A stretch of DNA of 47,217 nt. Source: Stellaceae bacterium. Its GTDB lineage: Bacteria; Pseudomonadota; Alphaproteobacteria; ATCC43930; CGMCC-115725. The position numbers were made by a program, and so were the translations under genes. The notes under the pieces were generated by a model. That model was given only the letters and a program-made list of their open reading frames with translations. It had not been told where the DNA came from and searched no databases. This document shows, piece by piece, positions 21,656 through 30,901 of the stretch (within the stretch, counting starts at the first letter, position 1; every line of letters starts with the position of its first letter). The stretch spans positions 1 through 47,217 of the forward strand of contig DASWFH010000310.1 in NCBI GenBank assembly GCA_036394355.1, written 5' to 3'.

Positions 21656-22966
21656 TCAGCGCCATCCCGCCGGCTTCGGCGGGATGATCAGCACGCGGTC
21701 GACGCGCCGGCCATCCATGTCGACGACCTCGAAGCGAATTCCGTCGACGCTGATGTGGTCGCCCACCTTGGGCACGCGATTGATGCGTGCCATCATGAAG
21801 CCGCCGAGCGTCTGGAAGTCGTCGCTGTCCTCGCCAGGCAGCCGCGGCAGGCCGGTGAGGTCCTTCACCTCGTCGACCGTGACCATGCCGTCGACCAGCC
21901 ACGAGCCATCATCGCGGCGCACCACGGCCTGGCTGTCGGCATCGGCGGGATCGGCGATATCGCCGACCAGGGATTGCAGGATGTCGTGGAGGGTGACGAC
22001 GCCCTCGAAGTCGCCATACTCGTCGACCACCAACGCCATTGGCGCGCCCGATTTCTTGAAGATCTCGAGCGCCCGCAAAGCGGTCACGGTGTTCGGCACG
22101 AAGAGCGGCGCCGCGAGCGCGGCGCGCAGGTCGAACGGGCGGCCCGCCAGCGCCGCGGTGTAGAGATCCTTGACCTGGACGATGCCGACCACGTGCTGCG
22201 GCCCGCCCTCGACCACGGGAAAGCGCGAATAGGCGCTGTCACGGATCTTGCGGCGGTTCTCGTCCTCGCTGTCGGTCAAGTCGAGCCATTCGACCTGCGT
22301 GCGCGGCGTCATCACCGCGCTGACGCGGCGGTCGCCGAGGCGGAACACCATCTGCACCATGGCCGCCTCCGCCGCCTGGAAATGCCCCGCGGCGGTGGCC
22401 TCGCGCAGCATCAGCGTGATCTCCTCCTCGGTGACCGGCGACGGCTCGCCCGAACGCATTGGAATGATCCGCAGGACTACGTTGCTCGACGCGCTCAACA
22501 GGCGTTCGGCCGGCGCGCTCAGCCACGCCATGATCTGCAGCAGCCACGATAGCCGGGCGGCGATGTATTCGGGCCGGCTGAGCGCCAGGCGCTTGGGCAC
22601 CAACTCGCCGAGGATCAGCGAGAAATAGGAGATGAGGATCACCACCGCGGCGAAGCTGATCGACTTCGCATAATGGCCGACCCAGCTCGGGAAGGTCTCA
22701 AGGTACTGCGCCAGCGTCTCGGCGAGGGTGGCGCCGCCGAAGGCGCTGGCGAGCACGCTGATGACGGTGATGCCGATCTGCACGGTGGAAAGAAAGCGGC
22801 CGGGATCGCGCTTCAGTTCCAGCGCCACCCGCGCGCCGTCACGACCCAGTTCGGCGGCATGCTGGAGGCGCGCCTTGCGCGCAGACACCACGGCCATCTC
22901 CGCCATCGCGAAGAATCCGTTCAGTAGGATCAACAGGAAGACGACGGCGATTTGCAGCGACAGCAT
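21656..22966 (-). CDS. hemolysin-family / CNNM-CorC protein (DUF21 + CBS pair + CorC_HlyC)
   Basis: ATG 22966. N-terminal LNGFFAMAEMAVVSARKARL and C-terminal FEVVDMDGRRVDRVLI. Confidence 0.85.
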   Translation of the reverse strand: MLSLQIAVVFLLILLNGFFAMAEMAVVSARKARLQHAAELGRDGARVALELKRDPGRFLSTVQIGITVISVLASAFGGATLAETLAQYLETFPSWVGHYAKSISFAAVVILISYFSLILGELVPKRLALSRPEYIAARLSWLLQIMAWLSAPAERLLSASSNVVLRIIPMRSGEPSPVTEEEITLMLREATAAGHFQAAEAAMVQMVFRLGDRRVSAVMTPRTQVEWLDLTDSEDENRRKIRDSAYSRFPVVEGGPQHVVGIVQVKDLYTAALAGRPFDLRAALAAPLFVPNTVTALRALEIFKKSGAPMALVVDEYGDFEGVVTLHDILQSLVGDIADPADADSQAVVRRDDGSWLVDGMVTVDEVKDLTGLPRLPGEDSDDFQTLGGFMMARINRVPKVGDHISVDGIRFEVVDMDGRRVDRVLIIPPKPAGWR

Positions 22967-23095
22967 GGCGAATCCGCTCGGTTGGCGAGTCCTACGCCTT
23001 AGAATACGCGCCATCGGGGAATATTGCGCGGCTTAGGCATGGCGGGTTGCAACCCGGTCCCGGCGAAGTAACCGCCAGCCCACACTCTTGTCGGC

Positions 23096-24408
23096 TTATC
23101 GGGTGACGCGCCCGGCAACGGCGCGCACCTTGCGCGGCGCGGCAAGCCAGATGGCGAGCGCCGAGACGCCGGCGCAGGCGATGGCGATCGCGAAGGCGAG
23201 GGCGTAGCTGCCAGTGGCGTCGTGCAAAGCGCCGGTCACCCACGGACCGAGGCCGCCGCCGAAGATGGACGCCAGCATCAGCGTGCCGAAGATCGTGCCA
23301 TAGTGCCGGCCCTGGAAGATCTCGGCGGGGATGGCGCCGATCACGGAGGTAAGGCCATAGCCGAGCATGCCTTGGGCCGCGACCATGACATAGAGCAGCG
23401 CTGGCGTCGGGGCGTAAGGCAGCAGAAGCAGCGCCACGTAGCACAGCGCGAAGCCGAGGCTGCCCACCGTCCACACCCATTTGCGGCCGATGCGGTCGGA
23501 GAGGTGGCCGAGGGCGATCTGCCCGGGGATGCCGGCGAGGCTCACGAAGCCGAGCGCCCAACCGGCATAGGTCGCGGTGAAGCCGATCTCGACCAGGTAT
23601 TTCGTCTGGTGCACCTGCACCGCGTACCAAGCGTAGAGCGCGCAGAAATAGCCGAGCGCGATCCACCAGAAGCGCGCGGTGCGCAGGGCGCGCGCGAGCG
23701 TCCAATCGATCGCGACCCAAGCGCTGTCCACCACATTGCCGCTGCGTCCCGCCGTGCCGGCACCGACCGATGAGCCGTCGCCGTCGGGCGCGAGCCCGAG
23801 CTCCTCCGGCCGCCGCAGCAGCAGGAGATTGAGCGGCGCCAGCGCGACCAGCACGACGATGCCCAACGTCCAGCACGCGGCGCGCCACCCGGACTGTGCG
23901 ATGACTGCCTGGAGCCAGGGCAGCAGGATGATCGAACCGACGCCGACGCCCGAGAAGGCGATGCTCATGGCGAGGCCGCGCCGGCGTACGAACCAATTCG
24001 GCAGGAACAGCGCCGGGCCGGTATAGCCGAGGCACACGCTGCCGCCGCCGACGAGCACGCCGAGCGTGGCGTAGAGGTGCCACGGCTCGCGCACCAAGGT
24101 CGCCAGCAGCAATCCCGCCGCCATCATGGCGGCGCCCAGCTCCATTACCACCAGCGGCCCGCGGCGATCCATCAGCCGCCGAGCGCGGGGCTGAGCACGG
24201 CCGAGACGAGAAAGCCGAAGGAGAACGCGCCGGCCGTGACGCCGCGCTCCCAGCCGAACTCGTCGAGGATCGGCGGAAAGAGCAGCGAGAACGCCGTGCG
24301 CGCGCTGACGCCGACGCCCATGGTCATGAAGGCCACGGCCACCACGACCCAGCCGTAGAAGAACGGCAGACGTCTCGCCAGCCCGGATACTGCGGACACG
24401 CCGGTCAT
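23096..24408 (-). pseudogene. MFS transporter interrupted by a single-base frameshift near 24172-24175
   Basis: ORF 24172..24408 encodes TM1-2 and ends ...SPALGG*. ORF 23096..24172 continues MDRRGPL... in the next frame. Adding one C (GGCGGC-C-TGATG) gives a continuous ALGGLMDRRGP. Confidence 0.75.
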
Positions 24409-24680
24409 GTCACAGGAAGAGGTCTGCCACAGAGCGATGATTGTGGCAGGTCGCCATCGCCGCTTCCATTACCGGCTACGTAATCGGCCGCGGTCGGCCG
24501 TCGAGTAGCTTTCGATCGCAAAGCGATCGAACGGGTCGAGCCCCTCCAAGGGGGAGAGGGAAGGGTGAGGTGGCGCAACGCAACTCGATCTGGGCGGACC
24601 TTGCGCTAAACGGCATATGGCGATCGGCTCGCCGCCGTGAAGAGGCGGTCGCGCCCCCGCAGCATGGATGCTAACCCGGG

Positions 24681-25505
24681 TCACCCATGCCCCGACAGCA
24701 CCGCCACCGCGCGGTCGATGGCGTCGCGGAAGGCGTCGTCGAAGGAGACGCCGCTGATGTGCCAGCGGTGCTCGCGTCCCGCCCACGAGAGATGCCAGCG
24801 CGCGGTCCAGCCCAGCACCGCCTCGGTCCAGACGAGGGTGCCCGTCAGCATGGCGTCGCCGCCGCTCGCTCGGGCCAAGTCCCGGAGGCGCGACGCCGGC
24901 GCGGCGGCGAGCCCGCCATAGGTGACGCGGCCGGCGGCGAGCAGCGCCGTGCTCGGCAGGCGCACGGCGATGCCGCGCTTGGCCGCCGCCGCCGCGAGCG
25001 CTTGCCGCTGGCCGAGGCCGCGCTCGCCATCCTCGGCCAGGACGTAAGCCGCCGTCGCGTCGCGCACATCGAGGAGCACGGCGAGGCGCGGCCGCGGCTC
25101 GGGCCAGGGCGCGCGTCCCAGCGAGCGCAGCGCCGCATCGATCTTCGGCGGGTCGAAGGCGACGGTGAGGTCGAAGGGCCGGTCGCGCGTCCCCTGCTCG
25201 TCATGGACGGGGATGCCCTTCATGCGGTCGCGATAGTCGAAGCTCACGACGAAGCCGGCGGCCTCGGCCTGCAGGGCGGCGACCGCGGGATCGCCGGCGA
25301 GCCGCGGATCGCCGGACACCTTCACCATTACCGCGTCGAGGCAGAGCGCGAAGCCCCGCGCCCGCTCCGCCTCGCCCTCCCCGGTGACGATCGCTTGCGC
25401 CTGATAGAGGTCGTCGGCCGCCGACGCGGCGCCGCCAAGGGCGATGACCGCGGCGAGGAAGATGGCGAGGGTCAGGGCGTGGCGCAACGGCACCAGGGCG
25501 CGCAT
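24681..25505 (-). CDS. DUF2066 domain protein (secreted)
   Basis: Signal peptide ending ASAADDLYQAQAIV. 274 aa. The overall pattern resembles DUF2066. Confidence 0.55.
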   Translation of the reverse strand: MRALVPLRHALTLAIFLAAVIALGGAASAADDLYQAQAIVTGEGEAERARGFALCLDAVMVKVSGDPRLAGDPAVAALQAEAAGFVVSFDYRDRMKGIPVHDEQGTRDRPFDLTVAFDPPKIDAALRSLGRAPWPEPRPRLAVLLDVRDATAAYVLAEDGERGLGQRQALAAAAAKRGIAVRLPSTALLAAGRVTYGGLAAAPASRLRDLARASGGDAMLTGTLVWTEAVLGWTARWHLSWAGREHRWHISGVSFDDAFRDAIDRAVAVLSGHG

Positions 25506-25631
25506 GGCGGCAGTCTGCCGCTGCGGCGGCCGGAAATCGACTCCGACCTGGCCGGGCGGCGTAAGGAACCCTTAACGGCGCCGCGGTTACCCTCCCGGCT
25601 TCGCCCTTGCGACAAGCACGTTGGAGGCACC

Positions 25632-26198
25632 ATGAGGATCACCTGCACCTGGATCGCGGCGCTTGCGCTGCTCGGCGTGACGGCTTGCGCCCCGGCGACG
25701 ACCACCACCAAGTCATGGCCCGAATTCCGCGTGCCCGGCGCCGATTTCGCCGTGTCGCTGCCGGGCAAGCCCGAAATCGGCCGGGACACCACGGCGAAGG
25801 ATGGCAGCGTCTCGCGCTCCTATAACTTCGACGAGGGGGCGATCGTCTACAGCGTCGCTTATACAGCGTCGACGCCCAAGTCGAAGAAGCTCGCCCCGCT
25901 CGACGGGTGGCTCGACAACATCCGCGACGAGCTCGTCGCCAAGATGAGCGGCAAGCTGCGCGACGAGCGGCGACTGGCCGTCGGCGACAGCCGCGGCATG
26001 GAGCTGGTCCTCGACGTCCCCAAGATCGGCGACAAGGACGCCTACACGATCCGCGGACGCTTCTATGTGAAGCACGCCGGGACGGGCAAGGACCTCAAGG
26101 ACATGCTGTACCAGACGATCATCGTCGGCGATCCCGGCCATGACGCGGACGCGTCCGTCGCGAAGTTCCTCGACTCCTTCCACTTCGTCCAGGGCTGA
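25632..26198 (+). CDS. lipoprotein of unknown function
   Basis: GGAGG RBS at 25624-25628. Lipobox LLGVTAC. 188 aa. No family recognised. Confidence 0.6.
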   Translation: MRITCTWIAALALLGVTACAPATTTTKSWPEFRVPGADFAVSLPGKPEIGRDTTAKDGSVSRSYNFDEGAIVYSVAYTASTPKSKKLAPLDGWLDNIRDELVAKMSGKLRDERRLAVGDSRGMELVLDVPKIGDKDAYTIRGRFYVKHAGTGKDLKDMLYQTIIVGDPGHDADASVAKFLDSFHFVQG

Positions 26199-26227
26199 TC
26201 GGACAATCGCGAAGGGGTGGCGGCGGC

Positions 26228-26515
26228 CTACCCCTCGGTGAGCGTCAGCTCCGGCTCGGCGTCGAAATCGAAATCAAGCACCCGGGGCGGGGCCGCGTCG
26301 CGCTCCTGAGCTTGTCGAAGGGGGGCGATGCTCGGGGCGGATCGGGGCGTTCCGGCGGCGACCCGCGTCAGGGCCTGGCGGGCCCGCGCCAGCACCGCCA
26401 CGACGCTGCGGCGCGTCAGCCCGTCGCTGCGCAAGAGCGCGACGGCGATCGGGTCGGACAGCAGCTCGTCGAGGGACGGCTCCGTTCCGGGTAGCCAAGG
26501 ATTCGGTCCGCACAC
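26228..26515 (-). CDS. small hypothetical protein, paralog of ORF 187..384
   Basis: GTG start. TEPSLDELLSDPIAVALLRSDGLTRRSVVAVLARARQAL aligns with the first copy. It carries an additional acidic C-terminal tail. Confidence 0.45.
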   Translation of the reverse strand: MCGPNPWLPGTEPSLDELLSDPIAVALLRSDGLTRRSVVAVLARARQALTRVAAGTPRSAPSIAPLRQAQERDAAPPRVLDFDFDAEPELTLTEG

Positions 26516-26775
26516 AGGCCCTCGCTTGGAGCCGAGGCTGCCAGCTCCCCTCAGTTATAGTGCTGAATACGATTGCACTATGGATGCGAGATGACGTCAA
26601 GCGGCGGCGCAACCAGGACGCGGCGACGTACGGGGGCATGCAGGGAATTGCGGCCCTCCGCGGGCGCCGCGGATCTCGGCGAAAACCGCGTCCGAACAGC
26701 GGCTTAGCGCACGGCGCGCGGGCGGGCGCGCGGCCGGCTGTGGCAAATTATGGTCGCAGGCCGCGGCCCCTGGTT

Positions 26776-26825
26776 TCGTCCTCACCCTGAGGAGCGGTGC
26801 GCAGCACCGCGTCTCGAAGGGCGAG
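26776..26825 (+). repeat. REP-like double-hairpin element, copy A
   Basis: TCGTCCTCACCCTGAGGAG-CGGTGC GCA GCACCG-CGTCTCGAAGGG. The conserved flanks are shared with copies B and C. Confidence 0.75.
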
Positions 26826-26941
26826 CGGGGCAGCGACAGCTCCAGCGACGCAATCCACCTCTGCGCAGGCCGGCGGTGGTCGCGGCGGCCGGGCGGCGCT
26901 AGTCTGCACGCCATCGGCACGGTATCGGAGGCGCACCCCTC

Positions 26942-27586
26942 ATGGCTCCCCTCACCTTCTATTACGGCTCGGGCTCGCCCTTTGCCTGGCGCGTGTGGTA
27001 CGCGCTCGAGCACAAGGGCATTCCTTACGCGATGACCACGCTGTCCTTCGACAAGGGCGAGCACAAGCGGCCGGACTTCCTCGCGCTCAACCCGCGCGGC
27101 CGCGTGCCGGTGATCGTCGATGACGGCTTCGCGCTCTATGAATCGGCGGCCATCGTCGAATACCTCGAGGACAGGCGGCCGGGCGAGCCGCGCCTCTTCG
27201 CCGCCGATGCGCGCCAGCGCGCGGTGCAGCGGCGCATGATGCGCGAGGCCGACCAGTACGTGGCGCCGGCGCTGACGCAGATCGCGACGCTGCTGCGCCC
27301 GGCGGAAGGCGAGCGCCCGGCGCCGGAGAAGCTCGCCGCCGCCACCGCGGCGCTGCAGCAGGAGCTGGCGCTGTGGGAGGCGGCGCTCGCCGGCGACTAT
27401 CTCGTGGGCGCCCTCTCCGCCGCCGATTTCACGCTCTACCCCCAGGCGGCGCTGGTGCAGCGCTTCGTCGCGCGCGCCAAGGGCGCTGTGCCCGCGGGCC
27501 TTCTCGGCCCCAAGCTCACCGCCTGGGCGCGCCGCATGGAGGCGCTCCCCGTCACCCGGAAGACCTGGCCGCCGCATTGGAAGTGA
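26942..27586 (+). CDS. glutathione S-transferase
   Basis: FYYGSGSPFAWRVWYAL, LNPRGRVPVIVDDGFALYESAAIVEYLED. 214 aa. Confidence 0.88.
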   Translation: MAPLTFYYGSGSPFAWRVWYALEHKGIPYAMTTLSFDKGEHKRPDFLALNPRGRVPVIVDDGFALYESAAIVEYLEDRRPGEPRLFAADARQRAVQRRMMREADQYVAPALTQIATLLRPAEGERPAPEKLAAATAALQQELALWEAALAGDYLVGALSAADFTLYPQAALVQRFVARAKGAVPAGLLGPKLTAWARRMEALPVTRKTWPPHWK

Positions 27587-27632
27587 CCCTTCGCGACGCG
27601 GTCCTTCGGACCGCTCCTCAGGGTGAGGACGA
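27587..27632 (-). repeat. REP-like double-hairpin element, copy B (inverted relative to A)
   Basis: The reverse complement reads TCGTCCTCACCCTGAGGAG-CGGTCC GAA GGACCG-CGTCGCGAAGGG. It starts 1 nt after the GST stop. Confidence 0.75.
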
Positions 27633-27653
27633 ACAGGGGCAGCGTAAAACAAA

Positions 27654-27698
27654 GCTCCTCACCCTGAGGAGGCCGCGCCAGCGGCCGTCTCGAAGGGC
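27654..27698 (+). repeat. REP-like double-hairpin element, copy C
   Basis: GCTCCTCACCCTGAGGAG-GCCGC GCCA GCGGC-CGTCTCGAAGGG. It overlaps the last 13 codons and the stop codon of the hydrolase gene on the opposite strand. Confidence 0.7.
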
Positions 27699-28726
27699 CG
27701 CACCGCCCAGAGCTCCGGGAAACGCACCGCGAGCCAGCGCGCGATCGCGGCGTTGACGGCGACGGGCTTCTCCTGCGCCATCCAATGCCCGGACGGCACG
27801 GTCACCTCGGTGAGGTCGCGGCAGTCGCGGCGCATCGGCTCGGCCAGCCGCGAGGTCACGGTCTCGCAGACGGTGTCGTATGCCGCGTGCAGGAACAGCA
27901 CCGGCAGCGCCAGCTTTCCGCCATTCGCCGCTCGCATCGCGTAGTCGGTGTTGCGCTCGCGGTTCATGTACCAGGAATCCGGGCCGAAGAATCCGGTGCG
28001 ATCGAGCGCGGCGACGTAGCGGTCGAGATCCACACGTGTCAGCACGGCGGCGTCGAGCGGCACATCGGGCGCGGCGCCGGCGCCGCCGAACCAGCCCTTG
28101 TCGCGGCGTATGGTGGCGGTGCGCGCCGGCTTGCCGATGGCGGCGGGATTGCCGGCACGGAACAGCGCCTTCACGGTGTTGCGCACGTTCGCCTCGAACG
28201 CGGCGCGCGCCTGGTCGAAACTCTCGGCGTAGAACTCCTGATAGTCCCACTGCCCCAGCGGATACTCCGCCTTGGGATAGACCGCGCGGTCGATCAGCGG
28301 CAGGAAGCTCCGCGGCGTGAAGCCTTGCGCGAAATAGGGCACGCACAGGCTGGCGACGCCGAGGCAGCGCTCGGGGTGATGGCTGGCCAGCGCCCAGACG
28401 ACCGGGCTGCCCCAATCGTGGCCGACCCAGATCGCCCGGTCGCGGCCGAGCGCGTCGAGCAGCTCCAGCATGTCCTGGACGGCGTGCTCGAGCGCATAAT
28501 CCTCGTGGCGCGCGTAGGTGCTGGAGCGGCCGTATCCGCGCATGTCCGGCGCTATCGCGTGGAAGCCGAGGCCGGCGGAGCACGGCAGTTGATGGCGCCA
28601 GCTGATCGACAGCTCCGGCCAGCCATGAACGAAGATGATCGCCGGCGCATCATCGGCGCCGCAGGCAAGGTAGAAACTCGTGTGCCGCTTCGACTTGGCG
28701 ACGTGCTCGGTGACCGGGAACATCAT
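27659..28726 (-). CDS. alpha/beta hydrolase, epoxide-hydrolase-like
   Basis: HGWP oxyanion motif (IIFVHGWPELSISWRHQ), nucleophile elbow GHDWGSPVVW and a C-terminal SGHWMAQE. 355 aa. The extreme C-terminus is encoded by a REP element. Confidence 0.8.
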   Translation of the reverse strand: MMFPVTEHVAKSKRHTSFYLACGADDAPAIIFVHGWPELSISWRHQLPCSAGLGFHAIAPDMRGYGRSSTYARHEDYALEHAVQDMLELLDALGRDRAIWVGHDWGSPVVWALASHHPERCLGVASLCVPYFAQGFTPRSFLPLIDRAVYPKAEYPLGQWDYQEFYAESFDQARAAFEANVRNTVKALFRAGNPAAIGKPARTATIRRDKGWFGGAGAAPDVPLDAAVLTRVDLDRYVAALDRTGFFGPDSWYMNRERNTDYAMRAANGGKLALPVLFLHAAYDTVCETVTSRLAEPMRRDCRDLTEVTVPSGHWMAQEKPVAVNAAIARWLAVRFPELWAVRPFETAAGAASSG

Positions 28727-28828
28727 GGCTGCCTCCGTTCCGCATCTACGCCTTATCTTGGGCGGTGCGGGCTCCCGCGGTTGCCGCGCAACCGCTGACG
28801 CCCGCCTGCGATCGCGCTGCGCGCGACG

Positions 28829-29836
28829 CTAAAAATACGGCACGCCCTGCGTGTTGATGTAGAGGGCGTAGAGCGATTGGCTGGCCGCCATGAACAGGCG
28901 GTTGCGCTTCACGCCGCCGAAGCAGAGGTTGGCGCAGCGCTCGGGGAGCGCTATGCGGCCGATGGGCTTCCCAGCGGGCGACAGCACCAGCACGCCGTTC
29001 CGTCCCTCGCCCGTGCCCCAGCCCGCCCACAGATTGCCGTCGACATCGCAGCGGAAGCCGTCGGGATTGGTGCCCTCGCCGCCGTCGTAGAAGATTCGGC
29101 CGTTGGCGAGCCGGGTGCCGTCGGCCACAACATCGTAGATGCGGATCAGCGGGTGCGGCGTCGCGCGCGAATCGACGATGTAGATCTTGCTCTCGTCGGA
29201 CGTGAAGCAGATGCCGTTGGGCGCGTTCATGTCGTCGGCGACGAGCGAAGCCTGCCCGGTCCTGCCGTCGATGCGGTAGACGTTGGGGTGAAGCTCGGGC
29301 TCGGCCTTGTGGCCTTCGTAATTGCTCCAGATGCCGAAGGGCGGATCGGTGAACCAGATCGAGCCATCCGACTTGACGACGACGTCGTTGGGCGAGTTGA
29401 GCCGCTTGCCCTCGAAGCGGTCGATCAGCACGGTGAGCGTGCCGTCGGACTCGGTGCGGGTGACGCGCCTCGTGCCATGCTCGCAGGTGACGAGGCGGCC
29501 CTGGCGGTCGCGCGTGTTGCCGTTGGCATTGTTCGAGGGCTTGCGGAAGACGGTTACGGCGCCGGTCTCCTCCTCCCATTTGAGGATGCGGTCGTTGGGG
29601 ATGTCGCTCCACAGCAGATGGCGCCCGTCGCCGAACCAGGCCGGCCCCTCGCACCAGCGGCAGCCGGCGGCGAGGCGCTCGACCGCGGCGTTGAAGATGC
29701 GATACTTGGCGAAGGCGGGATCGAGGATCTCGATCGCCGGATCGGGATAGCTCTCCGCCGGCTCCCAGCGCGCCCCGCCCGCCCGCGCCCCGGCGGCGGC
29801 CTCGCCGCCCGAAACAGACCATCTCGCTTGCGTCAT
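28829..29836 (-). CDS. SMP-30/gluconolactonase/LRE family protein
   Basis: ATG 29836. CEGPAWFGDGRHLLWSDIPNDRILKW, NSPNDVVVKSDGSIWFTDP and PNGICF motifs. Confidence 0.85.
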   Translation of the reverse strand: MTQARWSVSGGEAAAGARAGGARWEPAESYPDPAIEILDPAFAKYRIFNAAVERLAAGCRWCEGPAWFGDGRHLLWSDIPNDRILKWEEETGAVTVFRKPSNNANGNTRDRQGRLVTCEHGTRRVTRTESDGTLTVLIDRFEGKRLNSPNDVVVKSDGSIWFTDPPFGIWSNYEGHKAEPELHPNVYRIDGRTGQASLVADDMNAPNGICFTSDESKIYIVDSRATPHPLIRIYDVVADGTRLANGRIFYDGGEGTNPDGFRCDVDGNLWAGWGTGEGRNGVLVLSPAGKPIGRIALPERCANLCFGGVKRNRLFMAASQSLYALYINTQGVPYF

Positions 29837-29905
29837 GGCGCCCTCCCGCTTACCGGCCGGCGCCGATGCCGACCGCCCCTCGGCCCGCACCATAACAAAT
29901 GGCGG

Positions 29906-30889
29906 TCAGGGGAGCAGGCGCCCCATGCGCAGCCGCCGAAAACGCAAGAAGTAGACGAGGTGATAGTAAATCGCCCTTGGGTCCAGGAGACCCGAGCGAA
30001 AGAACTCCGCAACCTCGGCACCGAGGCCGCGCAAATCCCGCCGTTGCAGCCGGTTGACGAGGATGACAACGGCTTTGCGCGCGCAGACCATCTTGACATA
30101 GGACCGGCATTTCAAGCGGTCATCGCGCAGGAACGTCATCCAGAGATCCAATGTCCATCGCAAGTCGGCGCGCCAAGAGCGATGGAAATTGGTGAAAGAG
30201 TTGGCACTCTGCAGCGAGTGATAGCGGTACTGCATCAAGTGAGTCGATATGAACGCGCACGACCCGCCCGCGGTCGCCAAGATATAGGCGATATAGAGAT
30301 CGACGGAAATCGGCAAATCCTCCGGAATGCGCGACCAGTCGACGGCGTCCTTGCGAATGAGCGATCCGGAGACCACGCAGATGGCGCGGTACACCAGGGC
30401 GATGTCGTCGAACGAGCGATAGATTCCGGTGCGCAGGAGATGGCGGCCGAACCGCCGCGTCACCTGGTCGGTCGCCGCGACGCTCAGCTCCCCCTTTGCG
30501 TCGATGATGTCGTGATTGCAGAAGGCGACGATAACTCGCGGATCCGCCTCCATCGGGGCGATGAGCGCGGCGATGAAATCCGTTCGCCAGACGTCGTCAT
30601 CGCCGAGGATGGCGACATACTTGCCGGTCGCCATCGCGACGCCCAACAGGGTGTTCGGCGTTGGCCCGAGGTTGGAAGCATTGCGGTGCAGGCGGATCCG
30701 GGGATCCCCGAACTCGGCCAGGATGCCGCTCGGATCCGCGGGGCTGGCGTTGTCGCAGATGATGATTTCGAGGTTACGGTAGGATTGCGCGACCGCGCTC
30801 GCCAGCGCGATCCGCAGGTATCCCGGGCGATCGAAGGTCGGAATGACGACGCTGACCAGGCTGTCGCGATCGCTTGCCGAAAAGTTCAT
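29906..30889 (-). CDS. family 2 glycosyltransferase
   Basis: VSVVIPTFDRPGYLRIALASAVAQSY..ICDNAS and LGDDDVW (DxD) motifs. Confidence 0.85.
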   Translation of the reverse strand: MNFSASDRDSLVSVVIPTFDRPGYLRIALASAVAQSYRNLEIIICDNASPADPSGILAEFGDPRIRLHRNASNLGPTPNTLLGVAMATGKYVAILGDDDVWRTDFIAALIAPMEADPRVIVAFCNHDIIDAKGELSVAATDQVTRRFGRHLLRTGIYRSFDDIALVYRAICVVSGSLIRKDAVDWSRIPEDLPISVDLYIAYILATAGGSCAFISTHLMQYRYHSLQSANSFTNFHRSWRADLRWTLDLWMTFLRDDRLKCRSYVKMVCARKAVVILVNRLQRRDLRGLGAEVAEFFRSGLLDPRAIYYHLVYFLRFRRLRMGRLLP

Positions 30890-30901
30890 GCAATCTCCCG
30901 C

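Noticed and set aside
24530-24575. G-rich motif cccctccaagggggagagggaagggtgagg, considered as another REP family copy or terminator downstream of the DUF2066 gene.
   Set aside because: There is only one copy in the window. The potential stem is short and imperfect, so I cannot support a call.
26597-27652. 351-aa minus-strand ORF, the 27373..27756 plus-strand ORF, and the 26748..26936 ORF.
   Set aside because: They are antisense or out of frame to the GST gene and run through the REP elements. The shared LRDAVLRTAPQGEDE peptide is just the repeat translated.
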